A stretch of 64,000 nt of DNA from Minisyncoccota bacterium (GTDB lineage: Bacteria; Patescibacteriota; Minisyncoccia; Phycocordibacterales; UBA9973): the NCBI GenBank assembly GCA_942491275.1, contig CALNZI010000009.1, positions 21,938 through 85,937 of the forward strand, read 5' to 3'. Shown piece after piece: positions 60,930-64,000 of this stretch. Positions within the stretch are counted from its first letter, which is position 1, and every line of letters starts with the position of its first letter. The translations under genes and the position numbers were made by a program. The notes under the pieces were generated by a model, which saw only the letters and a program-made list of their open reading frames with translations, was not told the DNA's origin and made no database searches.

Positions 60930-61550
60930 ATGAAAAATAATAAAAAAACTGAATATCTTTGTTACAACGGACCCATGGGAGATAATGGGAAGCACAATCA
61001 TTTAAAATTAAAAATTGGTGTATGTGGAGCCGCTGAAACGAGCATGTGTGGAGTTAATGCCTACGATCAAGGAAAAGAATTGGGTCGCGAGATAGTAAAG
61101 CAGGGAGGGATTTTGGTTTCTGGAGCAACCACTGGTTTCCCTATGTGGAGTGCCATGGGAGCCAAGGAAGAGAAAGGAGTGAGTATTGGAATATCTCCTG
61201 CTTCCAATGAGAAGGAACATGTTAATACCTACCGATTACCGCTGGATTATATGGACTTAATTATTTATACAGGATTTGGTTTTCCAGGAAGAGATTTATT
61301 GTTTACTAGAAGTTGTGACGCAGTAATTATAGGCTGTGGAAGAATTGGGACAATTCATGAATTTACTGTTGCCTTTGAAGATCATAAACCCATTGGAATT
61401 TTAGAGGGAGCATGGAAAACAGATGAAACCATTAAAACCATCATCGAGAGAGCTAATCGCCCCAATGATCAAATTATTTTTGATAAAGATATAAAAAGTT
61501 TGGTCAAAAAAGTTATTGCTTTAGTTGAGAAAAATAAAAGTAAAGAATAA
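60930..61550 (+). CDS. TIGR00725/LOG-like Rossmann-fold protein
   Basis: IGVCGAAE...GGILVSGATTG...PGRDLLFTRSCDAVIIGCGRIGTIHEF. Confidence 0.6.
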   Translation: MKNNKKTEYLCYNGPMGDNGKHNHLKLKIGVCGAAETSMCGVNAYDQGKELGREIVKQGGILVSGATTGFPMWSAMGAKEEKGVSIGISPASNEKEHVNTYRLPLDYMDLIIYTGFGFPGRDLLFTRSCDAVIIGCGRIGTIHEFTVAFEDHKPIGILEGAWKTDETIKTIIERANRPNDQIIFDKDIKSLVKKVIALVEKNKSKE

Positions 61551-61551
61551 T

Positions 61552-61584
61552 AAAAATCCCTTGACTTAAATCAAGGGATTTTTA
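61552..61584. terminator. Bidirectional terminator
   Basis: ATCCCTTGA cttaaa TCAAGGGAT flanked by A/T runs. Confidence 0.8.
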
Positions 61585-61926
61585 TTATAGACTTTTTACG
61601 ATACGGTCAAACGTTTCTGGATTATCCTTTGCTAAACCGGAAAGGATTTTTCGATCAACAGCAATTTTCTTCTTTTTTAAAGCGTCAATAAATTTACTGT
61701 AGGACATTCCGTGAGGTCGGATGGCAGCATTAAGTCGAGTTGTCCAAAGATTACGAGCAACACCCTTTTTGTCTTTTCTGTGATCAAAAGCATACGCTCC
61801 TGCATGGGCTAATGCTTCTTTAGCTTGAGCAACTTTAGTACTTCGGCCAAAACGAAAACCCTTTGTTTGAGCAAGGATATTTCTTTTACTTTTCTTTTTT
61901 GTAGTCCCTCTTTTAACTCTTGTCAT
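61585..61926 (-). CDS. rplT: 50S ribosomal protein L20
   Basis: MTRVKRGTTKKKSKRNILAQTKGFRFGRS...AFDHRKDKKG..R.LW..R.NAA. Confidence 0.95.
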   Translation of the reverse strand: MTRVKRGTTKKKSKRNILAQTKGFRFGRSTKVAQAKEALAHAGAYAFDHRKDKKGVARNLWTTRLNAAIRPHGMSYSKFIDALKKKKIAVDRKILSGLAKDNPETFDRIVKSL

Positions 61927-61988
61927 ATAATTAGCTTTAGATGTCAGTTTTAGATACCGACTTCTCTATATTATTATTAATTTATAAA

Positions 61989-62183
61989 TTATAATGCGTT
62001 AGGCAAGTAAGTTCTTTTATCTTTATTTGAAAGTACTTGTGTGTTCATCTTTTTACCATTTAATTGTTTTGATCTTGATTGTTTTGCATTAAAATGATTA
62101 AAACCCGGAGCCCTGGATAGGATTTTTCCGTTTTTTGTAACCTTTAAACGTTTTGTTAACGATTTGTTTGTTTTTATAGACAT
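61989..62183 (-). CDS. rpmI: 50S ribosomal protein L35
   Basis: 64 aa. KTNKSLTKRLKVTKNGKILSRAPGFNH. Lies between infC and rplT. Confidence 0.9.
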   Translation of the reverse strand: MSIKTNKSLTKRLKVTKNGKILSRAPGFNHFNAKQSRSKQLNGKKMNTQVLSNKDKRTYLPNAL

Positions 62184-62186
62184 AAT

Positions 62187-62774
62187 TTATTTCGCTTTTT
62201 CTATTGTAATAATTGGACCTTTAGGGCCTTTTTTATAATCTTCTGAGATTTTATAATCTTCAGTTATAAGACGTAAAACTCTTTCTAGTCTCTCTCTTAA
62301 AAATGGTTCAGGCATATATTTTGATCTTCCCGCTAGGAACAATTCTACTTTAATTCGATGTCCTTCTTGTAACCATTTAGAAGCTTTTCTAGCTTTTAAA
62401 GCAAGATCATTGTCGCCGGTTCCGATTTTTATCTGAATAGATTTTGTTTCGGTGGCCTTTGATCCAACCTTAGCTTTTTTCTGTTTTTTGTTTTGTTCGT
62501 ACTGATATTTACCGAAATTACCTATTTTAACTATTGGGGGCTTCGCTTTGGGAGAAATTTCAATTAAATCAAAGTTTTCTTCTTGAGCCATTGCTAGAGC
62601 TTCTTTAAAACTCAAAACACCAAGGTTTTCACCGGTGCTTGAGATTACCCGAACCTCTTGCGCTCTTATTTGATTGTTTATTCGTTCTCTCAATTTATGT
62701 GTCCGATAGAAAATCAATAGATTATTTTGCTTATTTGAAGTAAGCCTATCTAGGGAGAATATTAGCATATTCAT
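62187..62774 (-). CDS. infC: Translation initiation factor IF-3 (true start probably internal and non-AUG)
   Basis: INNQIRAQEVRVISSTGENLGVL...IVKIGNFGKYQYE...GDNDLALKARKASKWLQEGHRIKV. See the finding on the start codon. Confidence 0.9.
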   Translation of the reverse strand: MNMLIFSLDRLTSNKQNNLLIFYRTHKLRERINNQIRAQEVRVISSTGENLGVLSFKEALAMAQEENFDLIEISPKAKPPIVKIGNFGKYQYEQNKKQKKAKVGSKATETKSIQIKIGTGDNDLALKARKASKWLQEGHRIKVELFLAGRSKYMPEPFLRERLERVLRLITEDYKISEDYKKGPKGPIITIEKAK

Positions 62775-62788
62775 GTTACTATAGCAAT

Positions 62789-63544
62789 ATGTCTAGTAAG
62801 GTTATCAATTTATATAAGAAATGCGGCCAAACACCCCTTGAATGCATAAATGAGCTTAAAAATAGTGATAGTAGCCTGTCTTCTTTGCCAGTAACTTATG
62901 CTGGTCGGTTAGATCCATTGGCTGAAGGGGTTCTATTGGCTCTTGTGGGCGATGAATGCCATAAAAAAGACGAATACCTCTCTTTGTCAAAGGAATATGA
63001 ATTAACCATATTATTCGGTTTTGAAACCGATACCTACGACTTAATGGGGCAAATTATCAAAGAATCTAAACTTGAAAATTTTAATATAGAAAAAAAGATT
63101 GTTGAGGGAAAGCTGTTAAATTTTATTGGAATAATTAATCAACCCTATCCTCCTTATTCTTCTCGAACGGTTAAAGGAAAACCATTATATAAATGGACCA
63201 GAGAAGGAAAGATAGATGAAATTGAAATTCCTTCCCATCGAGTTAAGATAGAATTTATCAAAATAATTAAAATGGGAGAAATTAGCACAGAAGTTTTACA
63301 TAGAAAAATTAAAAAAATTATTTCTTTAGTAAAGGGAGATTTCAGACAAGAAAGTATTCTTGAATTATGGGAGAAATCTTTGAAAGAAAGAAAAGGAGAA
63401 AAATTTAAAACTATAACTTTGAAAGTTTCCTGTGGAAGTGGGGTTTATATGAGAAGCCTAGCCCACGAATTAGGCAAATCAATGGGAATATCAGCCCTGG
63501 CTTTAAAAATTATTCGAACCAAAGTGGGGGAATATTCTATTTAA
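62789..63544 (+). CDS. truB: TruB-family tRNA pseudouridine synthase (short, no PUA domain)
   Basis: Catalytic motif AGRLDPLAEGVLLAL. Confidence 0.8.
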   Translation: MSSKVINLYKKCGQTPLECINELKNSDSSLSSLPVTYAGRLDPLAEGVLLALVGDECHKKDEYLSLSKEYELTILFGFETDTYDLMGQIIKESKLENFNIEKKIVEGKLLNFIGIINQPYPPYSSRTVKGKPLYKWTREGKIDEIEIPSHRVKIEFIKIIKMGEISTEVLHRKIKKIISLVKGDFRQESILELWEKSLKERKGEKFKTITLKVSCGSGVYMRSLAHELGKSMGISALALKIIRTKVGEYSI

Positions 63545-64000
63545 TGTTATTTAGAGATATAATTTTTTGCATCAAAGTATCTGCCGGAAGGAACTTTCCT
63601 TTTAATGGAACATAAAATTTTCCTTTAGCCCTGTTTTTATCAGCAGATATTGGCATTCCGCTTGCATCTAATAGTTCTTGATCATTATAATTATCACCAA
63701 TAGCCATAACATTACCTTTTTTTAATTTAAAGATTTTCATCACTTCTTTTAGGCCGATGGCTTTGTGCTGTGTTTTATCAACTAAAATATCGTAGGCTTC
63801 TCCATTCCAAACAGTACAAAGATTCTTGTCCCGGGACACTATTTGCTCTATCTTTTGTATTTGTTTTTTACAATGAATAGTTATTATAAATTCTTTAGGT
63901 TCAAATCCCTTAATATTTTTATTTACAACTTTCTTTAATTTAGGAAAAATATCTTTTAAATATTTGAAACTATTTACATGTTGATAAATTTTTCCTTGAT
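63537..64000 (-). CDS. HAD-superfamily (Cof-type) phosphatase, C-terminal part (gene continues past the right edge)
   Basis: AIGDNYNDQELLDASGMPIS (HAD motif IV). Own translation shows the frame stays open from 64000 down to the stop at 63537. The ORF-track GTG start at 63839 is internal. Confidence 0.7.
   Translation of the reverse strand, partial: QGKIYQHVNSFKYLKDIFPKLKKVVNKNIKGFEPKEFIITIHCKKQIQKIEQIVSRDKNLCTVWNGEAYDILVDKTQHKAIGLKEVMKIFKLKKGNVMAIGDNYNDQELLDASGMPISADKNRAKGKFYVPLKGKFLPADTLMQKIISLNNIK

Noticed and set aside
1-64000. Alternative genetic code (UGA recoding, as in some CPR lineages).
   Set aside because: All conserved genes are full-length under the standard code, with no in-frame TGA interruptions.

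Overview
Low-GC, densely packed, mostly housekeeping window that looks like a Candidate Phyla Radiation (Patescibacteria/Parcubacteria-like) bacterium using the standard genetic code. Supporting signs: no L30 between S5 and L15, an archaeal-type PyrH-like kinase, a DUF5320/DUF134 pair, an NDK with an insertion, Lys-rich extensions on ribosomal proteins, and almost no Shine-Dalgarno sequences. Contents: a tuf-S10-spc-secY-adk ribosomal cluster interrupted twice by non-ribosomal genes; pnp, glmS, rny, tig-clpP, hppA, nusA, xerC-like, xth, cca, map, ndk and infC-rpmI-rplT; four tRNAs; and a five-gene secreted/surface-protein locus (28.7-37.0 kb). Observations beyond routine annotation: (1) A two-copy structured RNA sits immediately 3' of tRNA genes (16568-16680 and 18201-18312) with compensatory changes in three hairpins. 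One copy carries the acceptor stem and T-stem 3' half of the neighbouring tRNA-Pro plus the only encoded CCA in the window. (2) A three-copy ~95-nt element has an A/T-rich closing stem and a conserved GC-rich core (3383-3476, 13619-13711, 56917-57011). (3) A family of ~560-aa Cys-rich multi-zinc-ribbon proteins has four members here. (4) A promoter-to-terminator candidate sRNA (59157-59343) is followed by a perfect 18-bp inverted-repeat element. (5) Extended -10 boxes lie 6-7 nt from start codons at about 15 genes, implying leaderless mRNAs. (6) GC-rich palindromes are inserted in frame in xerC and cca. (7) The two largest surface-protein genes share an identical 5' module and carry perfect internal repeats. 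All protein calls come from reading the supplied translations; no database search was possible.
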